DNA of 64,000 nucleotides. It comes from Cyanidioschyzon merolae (lineage: Eukaryota). The translations under genes were made by a program, and so were the position numbers. Every line of letters begins with the position of its first letter. Within the stretch, counting starts at the first letter, position 1. The stretch lies in assembly GCA_000091205.1 (NCBI GenBank), contig AP006500.2; one strand, 5' to 3'. Below, one piece after another: positions 23,265-34,100 of the stretch. The notes under the pieces are model-generated. The model made no database searches. It was not told where the DNA came from and was given only the letters and a program-made list of their open reading frames with translations.

Positions 23265-23606
23265 GGTACTCGAACAGAATCGGGCACTCTTTGCACCAAA
23301 CTTAAAGGTACGTGATACTCGAGTAGAATCGGGCACTCTTCGCACCAAGCCTAGAGGCTCCTGGTACTCGAGTAGACTCGGGCACTCTTTGCACCAAGCC
23401 TAGAGGCTCCTGGTACTCGAATAGACTCGGGCACTCTTTGCATCAAGTCTAGAGGCTCCTGTTACTCGAGTAGACCCGGGCACTCTTCGCACCAAGCCTA
23501 GAGGCTCCTGATACTCGAGTAGACCCGGGCACTCTTCGCACCAAGCCTAGAGGCTCCTGATACTCGAGTAGACACGGGCACTCTTTGCACAAAGCCTAGA
23601 GGCTCT
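23265..23606. repeat. Minisatellite of a 49-bp unit (gtactcgagtagactcgggcactctttgcaccaagcctagaggctcctg), ~7 copies
   Basis: The tandem copies are visible directly, with point variants (agaatc/agactc/agaccc). Confidence 0.9.
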
Positions 23607-23890
23607 ACAGCGGGAATTCGCCGACTGCGAGTTACCGCGTCGAACGACGGCGCTCGCAAATTCCTATCATCCGCCGTCGCTATACTAGCTTTATTGCTAG
23701 AGTGTCATCCTTCGTTTTCACGAGAACTCGTAACACTTTAGGTATTGAGTTCCTAGTGAATCTTCTTGCCGACGTGAAGAAGCCACTGAAGAGGAATTGT
23801 GAACCAGTGTGTGTGCCGGTTTCGGGTGTAACGCAGCTGGCGCTGTAGCATCGTGTACCTGTTCGGTAGAGAAGGTGAGCAGCGCTGCGC

Positions 23891-24586
23891 GTGGCGGCTG
23901 CTCGGCTGCAGCGGCACATCATGGAATCATCGGTACCAAGTGAGAGTCCTAAGTTGGTCATTGGCGTCCTGGAACTTCAGGGCGACTTTTTTGAGCATGA
24001 GCGCTTGTTGGAAAAGTGTGGGGTTTCTACCAAGGGAATTCGGCAGCGTCGGCATCTACTTGATGAAAACGGAAAAATTCTCGTGGACGGTCTCGTTATA
24101 CCTGGCGGTGAAAGCACCACGATCGGAAAGCTGTTAGTGGAGCTTGATATGCTAGATGTGATTCGCACAGCGGTTGCACCGCCTCACTGTTTGCCGGTTC
24201 TTGGTACCTGCGCCGGTTGTATCCTCCTCGCGCGGCGGATCAGAACGTTCGACGATCAACCGCGAATAGGGTGTCTGGAAGTCGAAGTGGAGCGAAATGC
24301 ATACGGGCCCCAAATCGAGTCCTTTGAGTGCCAGGTTCAAAATGTGCAGGTATTTGGCGAAGAGCCTCTGCGAGCGGTCTTGATCCGGGCGCCGGTCATT
24401 ACCCGAGTTCTGGATTCGGCGCGGGTGCAGGTGCTTGCGTCGTTCCGGGACACTCCGATAGTCGTTCAGCAGGATCACATACTAGCGTGCACTTTTCACC
24501 CTGAATTGACGGGCGATACACGTATCCATCGCAGATTTATCGAGATCGTGAAACAGAACATAGCCGTGGAAAGGCGCCTGAACTGA
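23891..24586 (+). CDS. pdxT: Pyridoxal 5'-phosphate synthase glutaminase subunit PdxT/Pdx2 (SNO family)
   Basis: IGVLELQGDF, LVIPGGESTTIGKL, the catalytic-Cys nucleophile elbow PVLGTCAGCILLA, LEVEVERNAYGPQIESF and the C-terminal FHPELTGDTRIH (His/Glu dyad) are all present. The true start may be the ATG at ~23921 (MESSVPS...). Confidence 0.7.
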   Translation: MAAARLQRHIMESSVPSESPKLVIGVLELQGDFFEHERLLEKCGVSTKGIRQRRHLLDENGKILVDGLVIPGGESTTIGKLLVELDMLDVIRTAVAPPHCLPVLGTCAGCILLARRIRTFDDQPRIGCLEVEVERNAYGPQIESFECQVQNVQVFGEEPLRAVLIRAPVITRVLDSARVQVLASFRDTPIVVQQDHILACTFHPELTGDTRIHRRFIEIVKQNIAVERRLN

Positions 24587-25658
24587 GCGCCGCGGCTTCG
24601 GCCCTGCTCTATCCCGGACCGGAGCGTTCATGGCGACAACTGCACAGAATTCGACATCCGTATGCACGTTTGTGCTGAGGCCTCAACACGCAAGTCTAGG
24701 ATCGCTCGGATTTTTGGACACTTCCGTCTCGGTGTGAAGCTGATCGAGCGTTTGTCATCCCGTGCCCGGCGAGCAGCGTAGCCTGCTTATGGGGCTCGTG
24801 GATGCGCTGGCATGTTAGACCTGTGATGCTCGCAACGCAGCATGGAAGGATACATGCTGAGTGGAGAGCTTTCACGATCCATTCGGCCCGAAAATTGGCC
24901 TCCAACCACGAAGTGCTGGAGCAAGGCGCACTCGCTTTAGGGTCGGATCGGCACCTGCTGCTCCACCCTCGTAATCGCATCATCTCCGACGGCTGAGTGT
25001 ACAGCCAAATCTGCAGCAAAATATCTGTGAGTGTCGTGCCTTTCTATAGAACTGTTTTATCTTGATTATCGTCTCGGATAACGAACGCTAACCTTGCCGA
25101 TAGTGTTCGCGTCCCTGGAGCCTATGGCAGTGCCTAGACAGCTGTGCATAGGAGTCAGCAACGCTTGGTTGCCTGCGAGATGTCGCATGGATTCTTCCCC
25201 GACGATGCTATGATCCCGTTAGAGATCTAATGTGAGTGTGTGTCTCAGACGCCGACGTGTCATTCAAGAAAGCTGAACGATACTCCTGCATCAAGTACGT
25301 CACTGAATGCTTAAAATGCACAGATGCGCTATTGGGGCTGTGAATTTCGCACAAGAATACTCGACCGATACGCCTGCAGCAAGTACGCTAGCAAATATCC
25401 CAGAGAATGCACAGTTGCGTTTCACGCATTTGCGCAGGGGATATCGAGACGGTGCGATGTATGGTACTGCGAGCGTTACGTCTTCTGAATGTACAGTGCC
25501 GTATACATCCCGGGATTCGCGCTACCCTTTCGTATGGGTCCTGCTCCCTGCAGCCCAGGAGCAGCAGCTGGTGCTCGGGATCCGGTGCAGTACGTCGCCA
25601 GCCGCGCTCATATCGGAGCTGAGAGGATGACGCGATTTCTTTAACGTGTATAGCGCCG

Positions 25659-27072
25659 TCCATTTATATCAGCAGAACATGGAGTGGGGCAGGTCGATTG
25701 ACTTGCTGCTCGGATGTACACAAAAAAAGACGGGTTTCTTCCTGCTGCCGTCAACATCACCATATCCAGACTTTGTCTCCGACTATTTCCGTATCCTCGC
25801 TTGTGTTCCGTTTTAAATGAGCCGCTGAGCTTGCTCGTCTCAAACTCGATTGTCGGCAGTCAATGGATGTTGATGGCAGTTTGTTCAAGACCCGATTTCG
25901 CTGTTCCCACTGCGGCTGTCGACGTATTCCAAAGACAGGCGAAAGCTCCGACCGAAGCCTCGCTTGCTATTTTCATCTTCTTCGTATAGAGCCGCGCTGT
26001 GCTCCTGGCATCGTCGATACCTGGCTGTGGTCTGGTGCCGTCTGGTGCCCAGCACGCTCCCTACTCCTCCTCCGAGAGCCGCCCAGTGGCGCACGAATAC
26101 TTGCATCATCGAGCGCTGCATGCCCTCGACGAGTACCCAAGGATACCGTCGATGCCCTCGTCCGTAACCGCCGGCATTGCCGTACACTGTGATCACGTGC
26201 TTGTTCTTTGCGATCCCAGCGGCACGTAATCCGACCGATACACGTGCGAGCGAACGCTCTCCCTTTCGATCGATGATTCGTGGAACGCGATGTTGTACGT
26301 GACGAACCGAGCACCGAAAGAGGAGCCCTGGCAACAGGTCAAGTCGCGATACGTTGATCCGTGTACGCTCCTCGCTTGTGCAGAGCAGTGACGCTCGATC
26401 CACCGGCAGCGGTACCTCCGATGACTCGAGTCCCGGTCCAAGATACTTGTCTATGCAGCCTGGAGAGACGGGATCGTCTCGGGACGTATCCCGTCGGGGG
26501 CGTCACCTCGGTGCAGCGTCCCGCTTCGTCGATCGCGATCGAGACAGGAGGATTTGCTTTTCGAACGGAATCGGCTATTGGACGCGAGCGTTGCACTGAA
26601 CTTGCGATAAGATCTTGTGAGGCAGTCGTGCGCAGGCGACGTCGAGTATCTATCATTGTCCATCAATCGACCGGAATCACAGCGCCCGCGATTCTCCATG
26701 AGATACCCAGACAGGGATCTTGAAGAGTGTACGGTACGGGGATGCTGCACATCAGCACAGGAGCACACTGGAGGCTCGTACATATCCATTGCTTAATGAT
26801 ATCGGATCTTTTACGAACGCATCTTCGATGACACTCCGCGAATCATTTTGACTCCAGCAACGCAACGAATTCCATCCGCAAGTATTCTTCGAATATATCA
26901 CTCGGAAAAGACGCCCCCGCATCCTAGAACTAGGTATCGATCCGAATGCTCGTGTTGCTGCACTTCGAATGTCGAGGTCCTCTATGTCTAGAACCAGTTC
27001 GGAAAGAAGCCTCAGCGCAGGAACAGAATGAGCAGCTCTGTGATCCATTTCAATCCGAGACAGGTGCAAAAG
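25659..27072 (-). repeat. Dispersed repeat copy B (~1.4 kb, inverted relative to A; the longest copy)
   Basis: It shares the start point ttatatcagcagaacatg with copy C. It has ~97-99% nucleotide identity to A and C across the internal ORFs. Confidence 0.85.
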
Positions 27073-27161
27073 CAGAGCGTGCACGATGATGCGATACCAC
27101 ACATTCCATTGCTGCCTGCATGCAGAACATACGTGGAACAGTCATGGCATCAACATGGAGG

Positions 27162-28147
27162 CTACCGTTGACGCTGACTATCAAGCCAGCGCCAGATACC
27201 TGCCGCCACACTCCCGATGACGGAGTGCATGGAAGCGGAGATCGCTGCGGGCACTGCAACCTGGGGGTCTGCGAAATGTGCCTGGGCGAGCGCTGCCCCC
27301 AGACCCGAGTTCTGCATGCACACCTCAATCGCAACCGCTCGATTGATTTGCTTATCCCGGAAACGCAGAAATGATACGACGTATCCAAGAACGAGTCCAA
27401 GGCCATGTAGGAGTAAGAGTGCGAAGAAAAGTCGCAAACCACCGGTGCGAATCGCATCCACGCTTCCTGAAATGATGGAGGCATTGATGAGCACAACGCC
27501 AGCCACAGAGACTAGTGGAAACCAAGGCAATAGCCGCTGGATGACAGCTCTCGTTCGGGGTATCGCATTCAAAAGCATGCCCACTGCCAACGGTAGGAAC
27601 ACGACCTGGACCATAGACAAGAACATACCACAGGCATCAACAGGCATCATGGTTCCTGCCATCACTTTCATGAGGAGCGGTGTGAGGATTACGGCCGCTT
27701 GCGTCGTCGTTGCCGTCATGAGGACGCTAAGCGCCACGTTAGCTCCTGCCAGGTAACAGACCAGGTTCGACGCGGTGCCTCCTGGGCAAGACGACACCAG
27801 CAGCATACCAACGGCGTACGGTGTTGGTAGCCCCAGGTGCCGGGAAAGCATCCAGCCGAGCAGCGGCATGATGGAGTATTGCGCGAGCGCGCCCCAGAGC
27901 ACTACATCAGGAACACGCAAAACTGCGACAAAATCATCGACAGATAATGTCAAACCCATTGCCAACATGATGACCGACAACGTAGGAGATATGTACTCGC
28001 GTTTGAAGAAAGCGAAAACGCTGGGGCAGGTTGCCGCGGTGATGGACCCCAGAATCACGTACAGTGGAAAGAGGTTCGTCAACAGGCCGAGAACGCGTTC
28101 CGATCGCGAGGTCATCCTCAGGTGCCGGCCCTGAGTGGTCTCTCGCA
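27162..28147 (-). CDS. Bile acid:sodium symporter family (BASS/SBF, PF01758-like) transporter; core region given, and the maximal ORF extends to 28634
   Basis: About 9 TM helices carry the SBF signature blocks: LAMGLTLSVDDF, LLVSSCPGGTASN, AIEVCMQNSGLGAALA and a Gly-rich helix break. The N-terminal 160 codons of the maximal ORF are Arg/Cys-rich and could be a transit peptide or non-coding. Confidence 0.6.
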
Positions 28148-28633
28148 TAACTGGGGGTCTTTCACGCCCTGGACAAGGCGCTTGCCGGTACGCGTGCTGC
28201 CCCAGTGTTCGCCAGCTGCTGAAACCCCCACCTCTACAGCAGTCATCCCGCCCAAGTCCGCAAAGCCGCTGCGTCCGCCAGCGCTTACTTGAATCAGTTG
28301 CTGGCTGCAGGTACGAAGCAGCGCGACTTCGTCGACAGCTATGCTCCGCTGTCGTCTGCAGTACAGCCGTCTTGATGCACAAGACGAAACAGCAGCCGCC
28401 GGTGCCTCGCCAGGAACCACGACAGACCTTGTGTGAGACCATGCAAACCCCAGATCTAAAGACTCGTCCTAGCAAGGTCCTAGAGGCGTCTCGTGAGCCG
28501 CTCAGCAGAAGCTGCCGAGCTGCGCTTCTGTGGATATTGCCATTGCGGATACGTGGATGCGATATGTGGCTGCCGCGCTCGAGTTGCAGTCTACAACAGT
28601 GGGCGCTCGGCTGCTTGCAGAACAGTACCAACA

Positions 28634-29727
28634 TGGACTGGGAATGGAACGTGGTTCAAGTTCCGTTGGAGAAGTCTGTTGAAGGACAAGTGACGGCTTG
28701 GCGATGCTTGTTCTATGGGCGGCCGACCAGGCCAGAGCACGTGAGCAGCTTTGTCTGGCGATGCCTGACACAGGGACGACTGCCGACGGCACTGCTCGAA
28801 GAGGACACCGCTGCGACGCACAACGCTCAGCTGTGTGGTGCTTCGACCCAAAAGCGACAACACGACGGGAGCCATGCGATAGCTGACGCCTGCAACGGGC
28901 AGTCCGTGACGGAGCTACTGCGTTTGGTGCTGGTATTCTGGAACTTGCCGATGGGAACGCGGCGAGAGGACCTGGAAGAGGCCTGCTCGAGTGCGGGCCC
29001 AGTGCGTTGGGCCTTTATTGAGCACAGCGATAGCGCAGAGACAAAGTTTAAGACGGAGAACGTCCTCGAGAAAGAGAAGGCGTTTCGCATACGGCCAAAT
29101 AGTGCGGTCGGAGAGCCAGCGGTCGTTCGTGGGTATGTGTGTTTCGAGAGCCCAGAGGATGCACAGCGGACTCTGAACTCACCAGACGAGCTTAAGCTAT
29201 CCGCTTTATCGCGCCGGACGATTCCCAAGCTGAAACAGTTTCTTCCGGTTCAGCTGCGAGGCGCGCTGGAGGTCAATAGTTTCCCCCACTGGGCCTGGTT
29301 GCGATTCAAACATGACCACCTTGCGGATATCCGCGGCCTCGAGGCAACGTGCGATCGCATCATGGCAGCATATGAGCAACAAGTACGTAAGATACAGCGA
29401 GATCAGGAGCGGAAACGATGCTTGGTCGACGAGGATGGCTTTACGCTGGTAGTTCCGCGGACGCACAAACAGCAGCACGTGAACAACGACGACAAGCGCT
29501 CTCGTTCTGGTAATGCGAACCCGCTATATGCAGGTGCTCCGCAGAACTCGCGAGGCGAGTCAGTGATCGAAAATGTATCGGAAACGAAAGCTGCCCCGGT
29601 CGGGTTTTATCGATTCCAACGGGATGAGCTGAAGAAGCGAGAGCTCGCCGAGTTGCGGGCGCAGTTTGAGCGCGACCGACACCGCTTGCACAGCCTGCGA
29701 GCAACCCGACAAACCTTCTTGAGTTGA
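28634..29727 (+). CDS. Rrp7-like ribosomal RNA-processing protein
   Basis: The C-terminal RRP7 signature is present: DEDGFTLVVPR...VGFYRFQRDELKKRELAELRAQFERDRHRL, followed by a basic tail. The start is set at the first ATG after the divergent transporter gene, because upstream codons of the maximal ORF overlap that gene. Confidence 0.5.
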
Positions 29728-30510
29728 TCGACAAGGTCCGTGGTTCGCTGTATCATCAACCAAACACACGATATATATATATAGGGATAGTGCTGGATCG
29801 CTTGCGGGCAGGCAGCATGCTGCTCGTCGCACCGCGTGGTCAGTGCCCCAGGCGAGTGCACTGCCGCTCACGCAACGGGCCCGGTGAAGCGCCTCTGTCA
29901 CGAACCGGCAGCCGCGAGCGGGAGCCAGCACCGCTTTTGTGTCATTGACGCTGCAGTGTCCATAAAAGAAAAGTCCGAAAGAACGCGATCAGAGCGACGG
30001 CATGTTTTCCACGTGCTGCGCAGTAATCTAGAGCGCGGCCGGCTCCGAAGCAGCACCCGGCGAAGGCGGCTCTTCGGAAGCGCTCGGTGTGCTCTTGCCT
30101 CGCTTCATCAGCGCACGCGCTCCCAGCCCGATAACTAGCCAGGAACCTAGGACAATCGCTGCTTTCTGACACTCACAATACGATGCAAAGTCGGTCTTGT
30201 TTTTAACCTCACTCCAGGGCGTGTGGCCTGAGTGCCAACGCTGCTGTCGTCCGCTCGTAACCAGCCCTGAGTTACGGACGGGACGCATTGCCCGAGCCGC
30301 ACGCACGAGACCTAACATGTTCAACAGAAGATCGTGGTGAAGCCTGCTTTGAGGTACGAAATCGGAGTTTCCCAGGCTAGCTCTGCACGATGACAGCGTC
30401 GCGCGTGCGTAAACGCCGAACAAGAGCCGCGAGCGAGATGCCCGAGGCCCGCGACCAACGACCTGCGTCCAGCGTCGGGTAAGGACTTTACGCTGCGGCT
30501 GCTGCTGCTT

Positions 30511-31590
30511 GTGGAGATGTTTACAAAACAACCGGTATCGCAGGCGTTAGCGTCGCTTACTTTATTGGATTCGAGTGACATTAATACACACAAAGAAGAA
30601 GCAAAGGGCAACGAAGCGTGCTTTTCTAGTTCATCATCGTCGTTGTCGTCAACTTCATCGACCGCAACGGAGCTTCGTGACTTGCACGACGATGCGCACA
30701 CCGATGTCGTTGCGAGGCTCGACCAAAGGCCGCTTTCGGAGAACGGCGACTGCGAGTCAGATGCTGATTCTAGTGCTGGCGTCGGGGAGTCTCGCGAAAC
30801 ACGGACGCTTCCGCGAACGCCGCACGAGGTTCTGTACTCGGAGCTGGACCCGCCAGTGGCTCCCGATTCGAGCTTGATACGCCCCGATCACTCGCTCAAG
30901 TCCGTTGGGTCGATTCTAGCGTTCATCGACGGGCTGGTGGTCGTGCAGAGCGCACTGGAACTCGCGCCCCAAGTCAGGGCGAGTCTGGGCGAGGACTCAC
31001 TATTTTGTTTCGAGGATCGCCAGCCGCTGGGTTTCGTGTTCGAGGTGTTCGGATCGGTGCAACGCCCAATGTATATCCTGCGCGTAGATGCACGGGATAC
31101 AGCGCTGTGCAGTAAAATACGGGTAGGATGCGCGGTTTACTACGTGGAGGAACTTCTCAGGCCGCTTGAGCTTGAAAAGAATGCGAAACGTGGCTGTGAC
31201 GCATGTGACGAATTCGGTGAAGAGCTCCACAGCTCCGACCTGGAGTTCTCGGACGATGACGAGGAAGCTCGGGCGCGGAGCCGGCGGCGACGCCAAGTCA
31301 CCCAGACGCCGCTCCTCCGCAGCAGCGGCAGCAGCAGCCTCCAGGGACGGCAATCCAGTCCATTTCGGAACCGCGTCTGGTCGCAGCGCCAACGCGGACG
31401 TGCTGCAGCGTCATCGGCGATGACCAGCACTGCGCCTACATCATCTGGCGCTCGTGATCCACGGTCGATGCCGCGGCAGCGAGCAGCAGAAACGCAAGTC
31501 GAGTCTGCAGCGCTCCGAGGACAAGCCTCGCGACGTGGTCACGGACGGCACGCCGCGGTTCGCCAGGAACGTGCACTGCAGTTCCGTTGA
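30511..31590 (+). CDS. H/ACA snoRNP assembly factor Naf1-like (Gar1-domain protein)
   Basis: The Gar1 beta-barrel signature is SVGSILAFIDGLVVVQS...FCFEDRQPLGFVFEVFGSVQRPMYILRVDARD. It is flanked by Ser/acidic tracts and a C-terminal Arg/Ser-rich tail. There are no Gly/Arg (GAR) boxes, which argues for Naf1 rather than Gar1. Confidence 0.5.
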   Translation: MEMFTKQPVSQALASLTLLDSSDINTHKEEAKGNEACFSSSSSSLSSTSSTATELRDLHDDAHTDVVARLDQRPLSENGDCESDADSSAGVGESRETRTLPRTPHEVLYSELDPPVAPDSSLIRPDHSLKSVGSILAFIDGLVVVQSALELAPQVRASLGEDSLFCFEDRQPLGFVFEVFGSVQRPMYILRVDARDTALCSKIRVGCAVYYVEELLRPLELEKNAKRGCDACDEFGEELHSSDLEFSDDDEEARARSRRRRQVTQTPLLRSSGSSSLQGRQSSPFRNRVWSQRQRGRAAASSAMTSTAPTSSGARDPRSMPRQRAAETQVESAALRGQASRRGHGRHAAVRQERALQFR

Positions 31591-31778
31591 TGACGGATCG
31601 CACCACACGCTCAAATACGTAGAGGATGCCTGTGAGAAAAGATGCTTGCTATGAAGCATCCGAGGGAAAACGTGCACTGCAGTTCCGTTGATGACGGATC
31701 GCACCACAGATTCAAATACTACGTAGAGGATGCCTGTGGGAAAAGATGCTAGATATGAAGCATCTGACGGAAAAAACC
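31568..31778. repeat. Tandem duplication of a ~106-bp unit spanning the Naf1-like stop codon; each copy carries a short hairpin (gatgctt...aagcatc)
   Basis: The unit aacgtgcactgcagttccgttgatgacggatcgcaccaca...gatgc..gaagcatc..ggaaaa occurs at 31568 and again at 31674. Confidence 0.8.
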
Positions 31779-32972
31779 CAGTGTCTCTGTGCAGACAAGC
31801 ACCCTGGAGAGACACCGGTTTCGACGAGGTGGGGTCTGCGCAATCGGATCCGCATGGAACTGCGTCGTCGCAGTGCAAACCTTCACGGTTTGGATGAGGT
31901 ATTCACGTGCGCGTTTCCCGGATGATGTCCAGTAATGTACATATTGTGCTCGTTTCGTTTTTTGACCCCGCTTCGACAGCGACGTGCGTGCCGATGCGCA
32001 CGGACCCCATGAGTGACCTGCATGGCCATGGTCAGTTCAAGCGCGCTCCAATAGGTCTACATTGAATCCGGTTCATTGGTGGACTAAAAAGGATACAGTA
32101 TCTGTGGGCGGCCTGAGCAGGCACCGCTGAGGCCCTGGACCCGAACTCTCAGGCAGTGATGATGTGAACGGCCTCGAGGGCGCGCAGGAGCTTGCGCGCG
32201 ATGAACGTCGGTATCGCGCACTGCGTGCGTGAAGATTGCGTGGCTGCGGCAACAACGCTTGAGACGCATTGACGTTTCCAGGAGGAAGCATCAGCAGAAA
32301 CGATTCCTTTCAGAAACGAATGAGAGGCGTCTCTTTGGTCGCGCTTCACCGCGGCGTCCAATGTTGCTTGCGCCGAGCTATGATTCTTTGCAGCGTACGC
32401 ACGACTGGCGGGGTGGTGCTGGTGCAGCAAAACAGGCACAGAGGATGCCTGGGTTCATGGCAAATGTACTTGTCATTGGGATCGATTCCCGGGTCAGAAA
32501 CGCGACACTCTTGTTTTGGCGTCGTGCCCGAGAGGTGTCTCTAGGAGCAGGAACACTCGGATGAGCTGGGTCCACAGCGTCTGCGTTGCCGCATACAGTG
32601 TCAACTGCGCAGGGCTAGTCCCCTGGCACCGAGAAACGCCAGGACGGACGTCTTGTGCAAGAAGCGGACCGGTAGGACGAGCGCATGCAGCAGCCGCGGA
32701 TACGCCTGCTTGGGCGCCACCGAAAGGCGCGACCTGTGCACCCTCGTGATGCACGGATTTCGCCACGAATGGGCGCCCAGGTGATGCCGGGCACCCGCTC
32801 ATGAGCTTAGTGTTGCGTCATTGCGGGAAGCGCGGGCCCAGGTGCTCGCTGTGTCGTCACAATGGTGCCGGGCGCCCGCGGATACCGGTAGTTGTGCGTC
32901 CTTGCGGGATGCACGGGCCCAGGTCTTCTCAGGTGATGGAGCGTTCTGCAAGCCAATCTTCACCCTTGCGGT

Positions 32973-33746
32973 TTACCAACACGTATACCCTGCATCCGCC
33001 AGGACAATCGCGCCAGTCATTAGACTGGAGGCATCGGATGCGAGGAACAGAACCACGGACGCTACCTCTTCGGGACGACCTACCCGATGTGTTGGCGTCA
33101 TATCAATCCATATCTTGTAAAAGGAATCATCGCTTAGCTGTTGGCGAATCAGCGGCGTCTCGATATACGTCGGGGCGACGGCATTGACGCGGACCCCGCG
33201 GGTCGCCCATTCAGCAGCCAGGGACCTCGTCAGATGATGTACGGCCGCTTTGGTCACGTTGTAAGCGGTCTGCAACTGCGGACGGTTGGCAATCTCTCCG
33301 GACATGGATCCGATATTCACGATACACCCTTGTCCTCGTTCAAGCATGCGACGCCCAAAACTTCGACAACAATAAAAAACGCCATCGACATTGACCTTCA
33401 TGTGACGGTGCCAGTGCTCATCGGTCATATGTTCGGTCGCCTGTCCCATGATGTTAATGCCAGCATTATTCACGAGAATATCGATTTGACCGTGCTCTTT
33501 CTGAATGCGCTCCGCAGCCGTCTCAACTGCGGCCGGGTCTGTGACGTCGACCTGCACGCCTGACGCCAAAATGCCCCGACTCTGCAGGTACTTGAGCGCT
33601 TGGTCAATTCGCTCGGGAACGAGCTCGGCAAGGACGACTTTGGCGCCAGCTTCACCCAGCGCCTCTGCACAGCAAAGTCCAATACCTTGGCCACCGCCGG
33701 TTATGACTGCTACACGTCCATCTAGACGGTACTTCTCGAGGTACAT
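32973..33746 (-). CDS. Short-chain dehydrogenase/reductase (classical SDR, NAD(P)-dependent)
   Basis: The Rossmann motif VAVITGGGQGIG, NNAG, the catalytic triad context S...YNVTKAA and the PTYIETP substrate loop are all present. The 257-aa ORF is complete. Confidence 0.8.
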   Translation of the reverse strand: MYLEKYRLDGRVAVITGGGQGIGLCCAEALGEAGAKVVLAELVPERIDQALKYLQSRGILASGVQVDVTDPAAVETAAERIQKEHGQIDILVNNAGINIMGQATEHMTDEHWHRHMKVNVDGVFYCCRSFGRRMLERGQGCIVNIGSMSGEIANRPQLQTAYNVTKAAVHHLTRSLAAEWATRGVRVNAVAPTYIETPLIRQQLSDDSFYKIWIDMTPTHRVGRPEEVASVVLFLASDASSLMTGAIVLADAGYTCW

Positions 33747-33987
33747 AGAGGGGAAACGGGTTAGATCACTTGGTTAATTCAAGCACAAAAGGCACCTGCT
33801 GTGACTACGATTTCTCAACACTCACACTTGACAAAGCGCTGAGCTTGGTTGATGCGTTTGCACGGCGCCTGATACCCAGTGAACACGCACAACCTCACGC
33901 AAGCGTTCTGCTCGCAGAGACGCTCATACAGCCCGGGGTCACCGCGTTACCGATCGCTGCGGCGAGATGCATGCGCCTCGACATCGA

Positions 33988-33988
<1 letters not shown>

Positions 33989-34058
<70 letters not shown>
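33989..34058. repeat. (GCGT)n microsatellite, ~17 units
   Basis: A gcgtgcgtgcgt... run is visible. It lies ~45 bp upstream of dispersed-repeat copy C. Confidence 0.95.
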
Positions 34059-34059
<1 letters not shown>

Positions 34060-34100
34060 GTTGACACGGCGTCCAGTTCCATGCATCGATTCTAGGTACC

